The notes under the pieces: generated by a model | Databases searched by the model: none | What the model was told of the DNA's origin: nothing | The model's input: only the letters and a program-made list of their open reading frames with translations | From: an uncultured delta proteobacterium | GTDB taxonomy: Bacteria > Desulfobacterota > Binatia > UBA9968 | Assembly (NCBI GenBank): GCA_963745035.1 | Contig: CAVUVW010000013.1 | Span: forward strand, 512,001-576,000 | DNA: 64,000 bases | Direction: 5' to 3' | In this document: positions 10,505 to 22,100 of the stretch, in pieces | Layout: every line of letters begins with the position of its first letter | Position numbering within the stretch: position 1 is the first letter of the stretch | Translations under genes and position numbers: made by a program

Positions 10505-11341
10505 ATGAGCTACTTCCGAGATGTCCCAATTGCGCAGGTGCGAGATTTCTGGAACCGCCGTCCGTGTAACATCCGCCATTCCTCAAGACCGATCGGCGAG
10601 CGGGAGTATTTCGATGAAGTGGAGGCTAGAAAGTACTTTGTCGAGCCCCACATCCCTGGGTTCGCTGCATTCTCCCAATGGTCCGGCAAACGTGTCCTCG
10701 AGGTGGGTTGCGGGATCGGCACGGACACCATAAATTTTGCGCGGGCCGGCGCCCAAGTTACGGCGATCGACCTCTCGGAACGATCCCTTGAAATTGCCAG
10801 AAACCGCGCGGCGGTTTATAAGCTCACCAACATTAATTTCGTTCACGCCAACGTGGAGGAGTTGGCAGCAATCCTACCTGCAACAACACGCTACGACCTT
10901 GTGTACTCGTTTGGAGTCCTTCACCATACCCCAAATCCAAACACAGCGCTCAGGCAGATGGTGTCCTTTCTCGCGCCTGGGGGAACGCTAAAATTAATGG
11001 TTTATCATCGCTACTCCTGGAAGGCATTCGTTGTCGTAATGAGCTATGGCCGTGGAGCTTTCTGGAATCTGGATCGAATTATCGCGCAGCATTCGGAGGC
11101 CCAGGAAGGTTGTCCGGTAACCTATGCCTATACGGAGCGACAGCTCCAGGCGTTGATCGAAGGTGCAGGGTGTCGTATTCAAGAACTCTTCGTGGACCAC
11201 ATCTTTCCCTGGCGAATACCGGCTTACGTTCAGTACCGATATGAAAAGGTCTGGTATTTTAGAATTGTTCCGCTAACTGTTTTCCGTTGGCTCGAAACTC
11301 ACTTCGGCTGGCATTTGTGCGCGACGGCTGTCAAGCCATGA
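10505..11341 (+). CDS. class I SAM-dependent methyltransferase
   Basis: VLEVGCGIG motif I, YSFGVLHHTP. Confidence 0.9.
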   Translation: MSYFRDVPIAQVRDFWNRRPCNIRHSSRPIGEREYFDEVEARKYFVEPHIPGFAAFSQWSGKRVLEVGCGIGTDTINFARAGAQVTAIDLSERSLEIARNRAAVYKLTNINFVHANVEELAAILPATTRYDLVYSFGVLHHTPNPNTALRQMVSFLAPGGTLKLMVYHRYSWKAFVVVMSYGRGAFWNLDRIIAQHSEAQEGCPVTYAYTERQLQALIEGAGCRIQELFVDHIFPWRIPAYVQYRYEKVWYFRIVPLTVFRWLETHFGWHLCATAVKP

Positions 11342-12315
11342 CTGTCTCCTTAACCCTTTTCACTACCTGTAAGCCCTTCGTAGGGAAGGTTGCCCGCCGC
11401 CAACGTAACGCCCTTCGCAGTTGGGCCCTCGGACCGCGTTGCGATGTCGTTGTTTTCGGTGACGAACCTGGGGTTCGGGAGATTTGTGAAGAGTTCGGCT
11501 TTTGTCAGATTCCAACCGTTGATCGGACCGCTCTCGGAACGCCGCTGGTCAGCCATCTCTTTGAAGCGGTGGAAAATGCCACCCGTGCCGACTTTCTCGC
11601 CTTCGTCAATGCCGACATCATGCTGACAAGCGATCTCATAGCGGCATTCGAAGCTGTGCAAAATCGGTTCGAACGTTTTCTGATGATAGCGCGGCGCTGG
11701 AACGTGGAGTTAGCGGACGATTGGGACTTTATGTCTCCTTCGTGGGAAGCCAAGCTGCGCGCGTATGTTCGTGAGCACGGCACCATCGAACCCTCTTACG
11801 GGGGGGTAGATCTTTTCGTTTACCGTCGTGGCTTGTGGAAACATCTGCAACCCTTTGCGATCGGGCGCACACGGTGGGACAGCGGTCTCATCTATGAAGC
11901 GCGCAAGCTGGGTGCTCCTGTGATCGAAACGACCAGGGTCGTCACTGCGGTCCACCCAAACCATGGCTACTCTCACGATCCGCAAGACACCTCCGGCTTT
12001 TTTAAAGGCCCCGAGGCTCTTCGCAATCAGTCTCTCCTCGGCGGGGACGAGTTCATTTTTACCTCCCTCAACGCGACACATGTTCTCACCGAGTCTGGCA
12101 TTCGTCCGAATCGGGTTTGGTTTCCCCCTTATTTGCTGCGACAGATTGCGACCCTGCCGGCCCTTCATCCAAGGCTTCGCCCGCTCGCCCCAGTAGTTAG
12201 ATTCCTAGCGCCCTGGTGGAGGAGACTTCGCCCACGGAAGAAAAACCGGCGGAGCCGGTCGCTACGCGCTATCCCCACAGTGCGCCAACAAACGTCGACC
12301 GACTCCAAAAACTAA
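11338..12315 (+). CDS. putative glycosyltransferase (GT-A-like)
   Basis: ATGA overlap with the upstream gene; FVNADI DxD-like motif; operon context. Confidence 0.7.
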   Translation: MTVSLTLFTTCKPFVGKVARRQRNALRSWALGPRCDVVVFGDEPGVREICEEFGFCQIPTVDRTALGTPLVSHLFEAVENATRADFLAFVNADIMLTSDLIAAFEAVQNRFERFLMIARRWNVELADDWDFMSPSWEAKLRAYVREHGTIEPSYGGVDLFVYRRGLWKHLQPFAIGRTRWDSGLIYEARKLGAPVIETTRVVTAVHPNHGYSHDPQDTSGFFKGPEALRNQSLLGGDEFIFTSLNATHVLTESGIRPNRVWFPPYLLRQIATLPALHPRLRPLAPVVRFLAPWWRRLRPRKKNRRSRSLRAIPTVRQQTSTDSKN

Positions 12316-13089
12316 TGATGATTTATCCAAATTTCTACCAAACTTGGGATGTCATTTCTGTCTTGCTCAGTAAGGAAGTCAAACTTCGCTACCGTGGAAC
12401 GGCTCTCGGCATTCTCTGGTCCCTAGCCAATCCTCTGGCCTTTACCGCCGTCCTTTATATCGCGTTCAGACGCGTTCTCCAGGTCAATATTGAGAACTAT
12501 CCTCTCTTTATCCTTTCAGCACTTTTCCCATGGCAGTGGCTTTCAAATTCGGTAGGTAGCGCGTCGATGCTTTTTATCTCGAATGGCGCGCTTATCAAAA
12601 GGCTACCGTTTAACAAAGCCACGCTCGCGGTTGCCCTGGTGCTGAACGATATGATCCACTTCTGCATAACGATCCCACTTTTCACAGTGTTTCTCATTCA
12701 TCTCGCGTGACCACGGTCCTTCTCTAAATTGGCTGGTGGGTATACCCATTCTCCTAGTCACTCAGACGTTACTGACATTGGCGATCGTCATTGTCCTCGC
12801 GACCTTAAACGCCCTTTTGCGCGATCTCGACCAACTGGTTCGGGTGTTTCTCCTGCTTTTGTTTTACGTCACTCCAGTGCTGTATCCAGCGTCAATGGTG
12901 CCGAAAAATCTCGAATGGCTTCTGTTCGCCAATCCATTCTCTCCTTTAATGATCTCGTGGCGTGCGTTAATGATGGACAATGACCTAAGCCCGTATATTG
13001 TTGTGGCCGTTGGCCACGCATGCCTAGCTCTCCTTATCGCCATTCCAGTCTTCAGGAGAACAGAGTGGAAGCTGGCAGAGCTCGTATGA
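12315..13089 (+). CDS. wzm: ABC-2 polysaccharide exporter permease (one +1 frameshift near 12700)
   Basis: LRYRGTALGILWSLANPL, FYVTPVLYP, ANPFSP; split over two ORFs; total length 3n+1. Confidence 0.85.
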
Positions 13090-13865
13090 GGCAAGTCCTA
13101 ATTCTTGAGAAAGTTACTAAAGAGTTCCGGACCTATCACCACTACCATGCTGGCCTGAAAGCACTTGTATTAGATCCTCGTCAGATAATGCGGCACCGTC
13201 AGAGAGACAGGTTCTTAGCTATCAACGAAGTCTCCTTTGCCGTCTACAGTGGAGAAACGTTCGGCATCCTGGGTCGAAATGGAGCAGGGAAAAGTACTTT
13301 GCTGAGTATGATTGCCGGTGTCTTGCGGCCGACTTTCGGCAAAATCTCAGTCCATGGGCGTATATCGCCCCTGCTCGAACTGGGCGTTGGTTTTACGCAA
13401 GAGCTTACCGGCGTCGAAAACATTCTCATTAATGGAGTTTTGCTGGGACTTCGCAGAAAAGAAATCGAAGCTAAGTTGGCTGAGATCATCAGTTTCTCTG
13501 GGCTAGGTTCGTTCATCGATCAACCGCTCAAGACGTATTCCTCCGGAATGCAGATTCGCCTCGGGTTCGCTATCGCGATCCATGTGCAGCCCGATATCCT
13601 GCTTATCGACGAAGTGCTGGCAGTGGGGGACGCAGAATTTCAAGAAAAATGCTTTACCCGCATAGCGGATCTTCAAAGGGCAGGCGTAACCATCGTATTG
13701 GTTTCGCACAATTTGAACACCGTAGAAACGCTCTGCGATCGTGCGGTGTGGATCGACAAAGGCCGGATCGTTACGCTCGGTTCTCCGCAGGAGGTTGTTG
13801 CGCGCTATCAATCCGAAATCGCCCACCTCGTAGCAACTCAAAAATCAGCGAGTGCATCGGTGTAA
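13086..13865 (+). CDS. wzt: ABC polysaccharide exporter ATP-binding protein lacking a C-terminal carbohydrate-binding domain
   Basis: GRNGAGKST Walker A, YSSGM signature, LLIDEVLAVGD. Confidence 0.93.
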   Translation: MRQVLILEKVTKEFRTYHHYHAGLKALVLDPRQIMRHRQRDRFLAINEVSFAVYSGETFGILGRNGAGKSTLLSMIAGVLRPTFGKISVHGRISPLLELGVGFTQELTGVENILINGVLLGLRRKEIEAKLAEIISFSGLGSFIDQPLKTYSSGMQIRLGFAIAIHVQPDILLIDEVLAVGDAEFQEKCFTRIADLQRAGVTIVLVSHNLNTVETLCDRAVWIDKGRIVTLGSPQEVVARYQSEIAHLVATQKSASASV

Positions 13866-13903
13866 TTGACGCCACTGTGGTCTAAATCTGAAGTCGGCAA
13901 GAC

Positions 13904-16135
13904 GTGAGAATCGCGTTCCTCAATCCTTGGAAAAATGCTGCCGAGAATCAAGCCTTTCGGTCTCTGCAGATTGCCGCGGGGCGCGTCGGACATGAGTTGC
14001 TACATTGTCGTAACAGTGGCGACGTCGATGCCTGCGCTCCTGATTTTGTACTCGCTTCCGCCTCGACACAGCCCAAGTTAAGCGATTGTCCCCACTATGG
14101 TGTGATCCATGAGCCGAGGGATCGATTCCTTGAGAACCGGGCGTACTTTCAAAATCTGCTTTCCTATGATGGCTATTTTACCATTGCTGATTCTTTGCAG
14201 CGTTTCCTCCGTGATATTTGCTATCGCGTGGGTCGGTCACAGGAGATCGGCTTTTACTATAATACCTGTCAGCGTCAGCAGCGCTCAGCCGACCTCGCTT
14301 CTTTGCTCCGCCACAGAAAATTGTTGCTCACCTATTTTGGCACGAACTGGGACCACCGCCGCAAGAACTTCTTTCGGAGGTTGAGCGAAGTGGACGACGT
14401 CCAGATCTGCGGTCCAACCCATTCCTGGCCAGAGATCCACAGCAAATCCTATGGTGGCGCTTTGGATTTCGACGGGGATGGGGTCCAAGCGCGCTATGCA
14501 GCCAATGGCCTCGGCTTATGTCTTCTCTCGGAGCTCCACTGCCGCGACGATGTTATCTCGAATCGGATCTTCGAAATCATCTCCGTCGGCGCCATTGCCA
14601 TCTGCTGTGACATACCCTGGATCCGGAAGTATTTTGGCGATAGCGTATATTACATTGACCAAAATCTTCCCGACAAAGCCCTCGTCCGGGCGATTCTCCG
14701 CTGCTGGAACGAAATCTATAGCCACCCAGAAACTGCGTTGGACAAGGCCCGCAGGGCGCGCGAAATCTTCGAAGAGCGGTTCGCCGCTGAACTGCTGATC
14801 GATAACGCGGTCAAATACCACGAACGTCTCAGCGCCAACCGCCACGCCATCCTTACTCAGAGGAAAGCCTCCTATGAACCGTTCGTTTCCGTCATCATCC
14901 GCTGTGGCGGCCGTCCTGTCGACCTGATCAGACGGGCTCTGTTTTCTTTATCGCAACAGACATACGGTCAGTTCGAGGTGATCTTCGTACGCTACAAAGA
15001 CATCGATCTGAGTCCCTTGCTCTCTCAACCACATGCCAATATTCGTTCGATGAAAGTCATAGATTGTTTGGGGGCGGGCCGCAGCACTGCATTATGGACT
15101 GGACTGTCCGCCGTCACTGCTGACTACTTCGCTGTGCTTGACGATGACGACTGGCTTTTTTCCAATCACTTTGAAAAGCTCTTTGGGTCTTTCGTAAAGG
15201 TGCCAAAAAACCCTTTTCTCGCTTACTCGGGCTCCATCTCGCACTATGCCGAGCCCAAGCCCGTCGCTGGTGGTCATGAAGATCATAGGGCTCTCTTATA
15301 TTTTGAGAAAAACACTCCGGATCTCAGCTCCGTCTACTCCATGTTTGCCTCTAACTGCTTCGTCGCTTCGCGCGATCTGCTGAGTCCCGCGCTGCTCTGT
15401 GATCCCCACATGTCCACCGCCGAGGACAGCTTTCTAATTCTTTCCTTAGTCGAACAATGCCAACCGCACTTTTCCTATGCGGTTACCAGTATTCATGAGC
15501 GTGGCCGTTCCGATCAGTCAGATTTCCGTCAGCACCCTACCCGGTTCGACGATGAGTTGACGCTTCGCATACGCCTCGGCGGTAAGCAGATAGCTGCTCG
15601 CTCGGTAATCGATTTATGGGAGGAGTTATCTGTTTTCTGGAAGAATCGGCATAGGAAAGAGGCCGTGGTGGAGACCCTGGATCGCATTATCTATCGCGTT
15701 CTCGATTGCCCGATTTCCATCGAACCGGAAAAGGACCGCGAATGCGTCAGCACGGGTTTTAATCTCCAGGAGAGCAAGTTGTCCGTTGGCTCTCATGCCA
15801 TCGACCCATCTGTCGGTTCGGCTTGGGTTCAATGTCCGGAAGAGCCCTGGGCCTACGGAGCTGAACTCTGTTTGCGTCTCCCACACTCCACTGAGCTAGG
15901 ACATCTGCTCATCGCTGAGATTATCGTGGAATGTGGCGAGATCGGTATCGGTCTCCTCAACGTGTCTGAACGGGACTTCCTGATGAGAAAGAATCTCCAG
16001 CCAGGCTCCCGTATACAGGAAGTGCATATTCCGATTGCGGACCTGCTTAACGTAGGTAGATTCATCCTGCAGAACTGGCAGAATCCAGGTCCAGCCACGG
16101 CCCAGATCCTGTCGCTGAGGATCTGTAGTGAGTAG
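13904..16135 (+). CDS. multidomain glycosyltransferase (GT-B/CgeB-like + GT2 + C-terminal beta domain)
   Basis: SNRIFE motif, VSVIIRCGGRP, AVLDDDD. Confidence 0.8.
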   Translation: MRIAFLNPWKNAAENQAFRSLQIAAGRVGHELLHCRNSGDVDACAPDFVLASASTQPKLSDCPHYGVIHEPRDRFLENRAYFQNLLSYDGYFTIADSLQRFLRDICYRVGRSQEIGFYYNTCQRQQRSADLASLLRHRKLLLTYFGTNWDHRRKNFFRRLSEVDDVQICGPTHSWPEIHSKSYGGALDFDGDGVQARYAANGLGLCLLSELHCRDDVISNRIFEIISVGAIAICCDIPWIRKYFGDSVYYIDQNLPDKALVRAILRCWNEIYSHPETALDKARRAREIFEERFAAELLIDNAVKYHERLSANRHAILTQRKASYEPFVSVIIRCGGRPVDLIRRALFSLSQQTYGQFEVIFVRYKDIDLSPLLSQPHANIRSMKVIDCLGAGRSTALWTGLSAVTADYFAVLDDDDWLFSNHFEKLFGSFVKVPKNPFLAYSGSISHYAEPKPVAGGHEDHRALLYFEKNTPDLSSVYSMFASNCFVASRDLLSPALLCDPHMSTAEDSFLILSLVEQCQPHFSYAVTSIHERGRSDQSDFRQHPTRFDDELTLRIRLGGKQIAARSVIDLWEELSVFWKNRHRKEAVVETLDRIIYRVLDCPISIEPEKDRECVSTGFNLQESKLSVGSHAIDPSVGSAWVQCPEEPWAYGAELCLRLPHSTELGHLLIAEIIVECGEIGIGLLNVSERDFLMRKNLQPGSRIQEVHIPIADLLNVGRFILQNWQNPGPATAQILSLRICSE

Positions 16136-16276
16136 CGCTCCGCGAGCGTCGTTTCAAAAGCTGTACAACAGCATAGACGAAACCTAGCTGAGAAATCACA
16201 GACAACCGCGAAAGAATTATCAAGAGCCGAGACTTGGATAACGATGCGTAAACAATATAAGCAGCACACACGGGAT

Positions 16277-17695
16277 CTAAAGTTGCCCTCGAAAGGCATG
16301 CGGACGGAGACGGCTAATAACTGAGTCGTAAAGCCGTCGTCGCCAAGTTTTCTCGGGTGCAAGCAAATCACGCATACTCCGCCAGGCGCTGAGTAAGCGC
16401 CAGCCTGCTGAGTTCTCTACCGACTGCCAGTGCTTCTGCCATCCTTCCAGCTGCTGGCGGAGCCCAGTAATCTCGTGCTTTTGCGCCTCGACAGTTTGCT
16501 GTACCACATTCACCTGGCGTTCGCGGTCCTTTAGTTCGACGACGGTTTGCTCTAGCGCACTCACCTGGCGTTCACGGTGGTTTAGGTGGACGACGAGTTC
16601 GGAGATTTTCCGGCCTGGCTGTTCGCGTAGCCCAGTAATCTCGTGCTTTTGCGCCTCGATGGTTTGCTTTAGCGTACTCACCTCGAGTTTCTGGTCTTCT
16701 AGTTTGTTCTCGAAGGCGCTCGCTTCGCGTCGGGCGTTGTCAAGCTCGATCTTGAGCTTGCGCTCCTCCTCTTGCAGTGTGCCGTATCTGAAATCACTCG
16801 ACCTTATGGCCCACTGGAGCCACGTCAGCTCCGCCGAAATAGGTTGAACGGCTGACAGGCGGGGGTTGAGCCAGGTTTGCACGCCGTTCCCAAAATGCAT
16901 CTCACCCCACTCCGTCAGCTCAGTTCTGCCGACTCCGTAATCATTTCTCTTGTACCACCCGTGCTCCCAGAACAGCGCCCGCAGCCCCTGCTCGATGTCT
17001 GGCGTATGGGTGCCGATATGAACTCGCTTGACTTTCTGGTTCAACTCCTCGATTGCACTCTGGAGCACCACCAACTCCGCCTCTTCAACATCCAGGTCGA
17101 TCAGATCCACAAGATCAAGGGCGCCAAGAATTCGGCTCAAAGTGATCGTCTTCACCTCACGACAGGGAACTCCTTGGCTGTCCAAAAACGGGTTAGACAT
17201 CCTTTGCCCCCACCATTCGTCGGCCTTGCCGACATAGAAGCGGACCGTGCGTTCCTGGCCGTCCACAGCAGCTTCGATCAGCTCATGCTGTGCTGGATCA
17301 AGACCGTTGTCGTTGAAATGTTGCTTTAGCCATTCGAAATGTGTTGGCTCCGCTTCGACGCCAATAAGTTTAATTGGCAAGTCGCCGTGACACTGCCGGA
17401 CGGCAGCCGCGCCCTTCACAAGCCAACGGCCGAAACCGGCACCGAGGTCGACCATGGTGAACTGGTTCCGAGCGCCGCTCACGGACTCGAGCAGATCGAC
17501 CCACTCGAAGTATTCTTCGGCCGGCTGGGGATAGTCCGTCTCGAGGTACCCAGGATCAGGGAACCTCTCGCCTACGGCAGCCATCAGGCCCTCGACAAAT
17601 GCGTTCCGTGTCATCACCCCCAGAAAATCCATGTGACAGCCGGGTGGAACGAAACCCTTGAAGCGCTCGAAACGGCCGAAGATAGGATGATGCAT
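16277..17695 (-). CDS. FkbM-family methyltransferase with C-terminal coiled coil
   Basis: VDLGAGFG, VEAEP, IDLDVE, IGTH; heptad-rich tail ending in SAGWRLL. Confidence 0.8.
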   Translation of the reverse strand: MHHPIFGRFERFKGFVPPGCHMDFLGVMTRNAFVEGLMAAVGERFPDPGYLETDYPQPAEEYFEWVDLLESVSGARNQFTMVDLGAGFGRWLVKGAAAVRQCHGDLPIKLIGVEAEPTHFEWLKQHFNDNGLDPAQHELIEAAVDGQERTVRFYVGKADEWWGQRMSNPFLDSQGVPCREVKTITLSRILGALDLVDLIDLDVEEAELVVLQSAIEELNQKVKRVHIGTHTPDIEQGLRALFWEHGWYKRNDYGVGRTELTEWGEMHFGNGVQTWLNPRLSAVQPISAELTWLQWAIRSSDFRYGTLQEEERKLKIELDNARREASAFENKLEDQKLEVSTLKQTIEAQKHEITGLREQPGRKISELVVHLNHRERQVSALEQTVVELKDRERQVNVVQQTVEAQKHEITGLRQQLEGWQKHWQSVENSAGWRLLSAWRSMRDLLAPEKTWRRRLYDSVISRLRPHAFRGQL

Positions 17696-17758
17696 GCGTC
17701 TGCTCCGCCCCGTCTGCCTGGGCCAGACAGGCTCGAGGGCGGCTGGTCTAGTTAAATT

Positions 17759-19154
17759 TTAGCCAACACCCCGCCAGACCGGCTCCTCGACCAGTATCCG
17801 CTGGCATAGCTTGCCGAAGCTGTACTTAGTCTCAATTTGGTACTGGATGTAACGAGAGACGTCGTGTCGTCGGCGGCCATCGCTGAGATACAGATCCACC
17901 AACCCGTTCAGCTCATCGATGGTTCGGTACATCACCTGGTTGCCAACGTCACCAAGCGCGCGGTGGAAGTCCTCTTTGTAATCAAAGAGGATCAGACCAC
18001 CGCAGGCGAGACAGCCCATGATCTTTGGGGAAATTCCCGAGTTGTAGCCCAGGTTGACGATGTCCACGATGACATCGCTATTGGTAAACAGAAGCGGTAG
18101 CTCCGTGAAGTAATCGAGGCTCTTGCGCAGCCGAATATTATAGTGGCTGCGTAGAGTATCGGCGCTCTTCGGCTCGATGAAGTTGCCGAAGAAATCGTAT
18201 TCGCGAGTGAGGCCGCCCAGTACCGCCAGGCGCGCACGGGTGTTGCCAACGACTTCGATCTCGTCGTGGACAAAACGCCAAAAAAACGTGCAGTCCGGCC
18301 CAAGCCGGAGCTGCTCGCGGACGGGGCGGTCCAGCCGGTCAATCTCCGCCATCAGCAGATCCCAAAGCGAATCGGTGAGCCGTTCTTGCTTACGGGCGAG
18401 CACGCGCTCCTCAATCTCCGTCAAGACAGGCTCGTCTCGGAACGGAAGCTCTTGGCTGGCCTGGAGGTAGACGTTGCCGGCGAAGGCGACCCTAGCGCGA
18501 AACGCGCTCCGATCGACCACGCGGTATCCATGTTTGACGAAGTTCGGGTAGGCCGGTTGGAGAAACATCTTGATCTTGTCTCGGGAGAGGACGCCCAGCC
18601 GATCAAACGCCATCATGTGGCCGCTATCGGGCGAGTAGTGGTGGTACAGGGGATGATTCAAAGCCTCGCGGAGCCTCTGGATCGATCCCGGAGATAGACT
18701 GGGCCGGCTTTTCAGGCAAGGGGTGGAGACACCACCTCGGCCACTGGAGCAGGCCGTGGTCCCAGAGCATAATGACGGGGATCTGTAGGATGTCTCCGAA
18801 GATGTTTCCCTGGCCGCTGCAGCACAGCAGGGCGTACGTGGCATTCGGCAGCGACATTGCCACATCCGGGCGAAACGACCGGAGCTCCTGGGTGATTGCT
18901 TTTATATAGTCCCGGTTCGGAAATATGAAGCCGCGAGTGTCCAGCTCGAAAACAGCGGCGCCCAGCGCCCGCAATTCTTCGGCCATTTCCGTGGCGAAAT
19001 CGAAGTCCACGCCACCGAACCAGGAAAGAGGCGGACGGGTTGTGACAATGCGTAGTCCCGCCAAGGGCAGATTCAATGCTCGGAAAGGGGCTTTGCTCGG
19101 TGTGTTGGCGAATCCGCCGTCTGAAACCGGCCGATCGTTGCCATTGCTGTTCAT
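17759..19154 (-). CDS. CgeB-like glycosyltransferase (one +1 frameshift near 18690)
   Basis: ORFs 18624-19154 and 17759-18865 join; SPKIMGCLACGG C-terminal GT-B motif; total length 3n+1. Confidence 0.65.
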
Positions 19155-22100
19155 TTGGTCAGGCTCACATCTTTGTCTTCGGGCTGTGACTGGGACGTCT
19201 CAGTGCGAGACCGGCCTAGCAGTGCCGCCCACCCACGAGCCACCAAGTCGAGCAGCCCGCGTCCTCCGATCACGGCTCTTGTCAGCCGGATACCCAGCGG
19301 CCTGGTATCGCCGGACCAACCCATGGAGGCAGGGGTCCGAGGAGTTGCGACCCGAATTACCAGGCTGAGGGATCCATCCAGGGGGATCACTTCAGGCGGC
19401 AGCTCCACGGTTCGTTGGTGCGGTGTACGATCCGGTCCCATGGTCCATTTCGCCAGCATTTTACCATCGGCCATAACCTCGACTGGAAGAGTGGGTGCCG
19501 TGAGATCCACCATGATGTCCGAGACAAACACTGAGAGCGACGTCGGTCCGTCGGGGCGAGGGTCCAGTCGCAAGGTGAGTGTGGCCTCGGTGCCTAACGT
19601 CCAGCAGCCGTACTCATCGCGTGCGCTCCATCCCGCCTCAAGGTACGGGGCGGCGTTGCCCTTGTCGGTGAAGTCGATGACCTGGCCCATCTGATAGACG
19701 GGGGCCACCAGAGGCTCGATACGGAAGCCGGTCAGCCGAAAGCCTAGTGGCCGGCTGTCGCCCGACCAGTTGAGCTGCTTCGGTGTCCTAGGTGTCCGGA
19801 TGTGAAAGGAGATGCTCAAGGGCTGCCGCCGCTTCAGGACTTCAGGCTTCACTTTGACCTTTCGTTCATGAGTGTCTCGATAGCCGAGCACCCATTTGTC
19901 GACATTCTCATCGTTGAACAACACATCCACGTCGAGATTGGGGAATTGCTCGCTGACCATTGCATCCGAAATGGTGAATACGGCGCTCACCACCTTGTCC
20001 GGCGCCAGCTCCCCGAGGTACATGATTAGGCTGGCCTCAGGGCCTAAAGTCCACGTTCCATAGTTGTCCGGCGTGCCCCAGCAGCTATCCGTGTGAAACG
20101 CTCCGCGCCCCTCGGCTGTAAAGTCGATGGGAGAACCGAGATGATAGTGGGCGTCCTCGATCCCGTGGAGACTTAAATTGTGGATCTTAATACTGAGTTC
20201 ACGCGGGTCCTCGCCGATCATCTCCTCTCCCCGATGCCGCGCAACGGCCGCGTACGACTGAGGATTCTCGATCTTGAACACGAGACGGGTGAGCGGCTTG
20301 CCTGCGAGAAGCCGCTGCGGAAGGATCAACCGGGAAGTGTAGCAGCTGTAGCGAGATGCGGACAGCCATTTTGCTATGTGCTCGTTCTCGAACCACACGT
20401 TCACAGAAATCGGCACCTCCTCGGGACCGAGGAACGTCTCCGTGACATAAACGTAGGCGATTAGATCGGTCTCCACCGCTGGGTCGATCGACAGCAAGAC
20501 CACGGCCTCCGGCCCGTCGATCCAGGTTCCTGTGTGGTCGACGACGCCCCAGCCGCCGTCCTTGTACCGGCTCGAGCTGGCCAGCGATGTAAAGTCAATC
20601 GAGTCTCCGGGAGCGAGCGGTGGGACCGACCCGTCCTGGAGGTCGTACCCGAAGAAGGATTGCATCGTCTCCTCGGTGAGCTTCCAGCGGTGCGACCGAT
20701 ACAAGCGCTCGTCGCCAACCCGCGCGCGTCCTTTGCGCACGCGGGTGTTGTAGGGTGTCTTGGTGGTGAGCAGAAACTGCGACACGAATTGATCGAACGG
20801 ATGATGGTTCGGATTGACCACGAGGAAGTCCGGCAGAGACGAGCTTGGCGTCGATCGAGATACCGTGTGACATTCCTCGGCGCAGGATGCCAAACATCGA
20901 GCGATTGCGCCCAAGCGATAGCGCTGCTCCGGTGGCCAGTCCGTGACCCGGACGACGTTCGATGACGGGAGGCGCGCGGCGTCGAGGCCGAAGTCAAAGA
21001 TCAGGACGTCGTGATTGGTGATGAGTGAGCGGATAAAGGACGGGTCTTCCGGTCCGTATTCAATAGTAGCCGCCATCCCGTCGGCCAGTTCTGGAAGCGG
21101 TGGACACATCAGGTCGGGCACCCAACCCAGGGGGCGGATAAACCCGAGGTCGCGGAAACAGGTGGCGAGCAAGGTCAGCAGCCGAGGATTGTTGCCAATG
21201 TAGAGAAGCCGCACGTCGCGCGGGTAAACGGTGAGGTTGGCCGCGACGTATGGAAGGACGTGCTCGGGCTGATAGAAGAGGTAGTTCCGCAGCTCGTTGG
21301 AGTCGGAGTGGTAGTCGTGATCCTGCGGCATCCCTAGCGTGCGCTGGACCACGGGCACGAACCGGGCTGGTGGTCCGTTACCGAAATCGATCTCCTCGAT
21401 AGCATCCTCAGGAAGACCCCAAGCGTCTGACTGGTGTTGGGCATAGGGATTCTCGATGTTATACACGAACTCGTGGGGATCGCTCTCGATCCGAAAGTCA
21501 AGTCGATGGGCCAAGGTGGGCGTCCGGGTGTGATCGCAGTGGTATCCCTTGAGACGGTCCGCCAGGCTCCCGGTAACCCCATACAGAAGAAACAGCCGCT
21601 TGCACATGTTGGAGTCCACGTGCCAGCCGTGGATCAACCGCTCATCGAATCCGAAGATGTCGAAAAGGGTCTGTCGCGGAAGGAACTGGGCGTCCCCGGG
21701 ATTGTCGAATCGCATGTACGGGTGCGCGAGCGTGACCTCGTTCAGGTGGAGCGCAGCCCCGAGTTCATTGCAGGCGCGGATGATCGCGGCTGGATCCGTT
21801 CGGGGGAACGATTCCCAGACTGGCTCCGGTAGCTCGAACCGGGGAAGAATATAGTGGCCATCCGCAAGATCACTTACGGTACTCGTGAGATCGTACTCCC
21901 TGTTTCTCGGAACGAAGATCATGTCCGTGTTGGTGGAGAGGATCCAACGGTTTTGGGGGTTCGACCGGCGGACCCCGATGTTGCGGCAGATCGCCTCGAG
22001 TGCGGCGAGATGGGTACGGGTGCCGTAGAGGCGATGGTGAACTTCGGGACGGACACGCAAGACCCGCAAGACCCGCCGGGCACGGGGCGTCAGGGTGTCG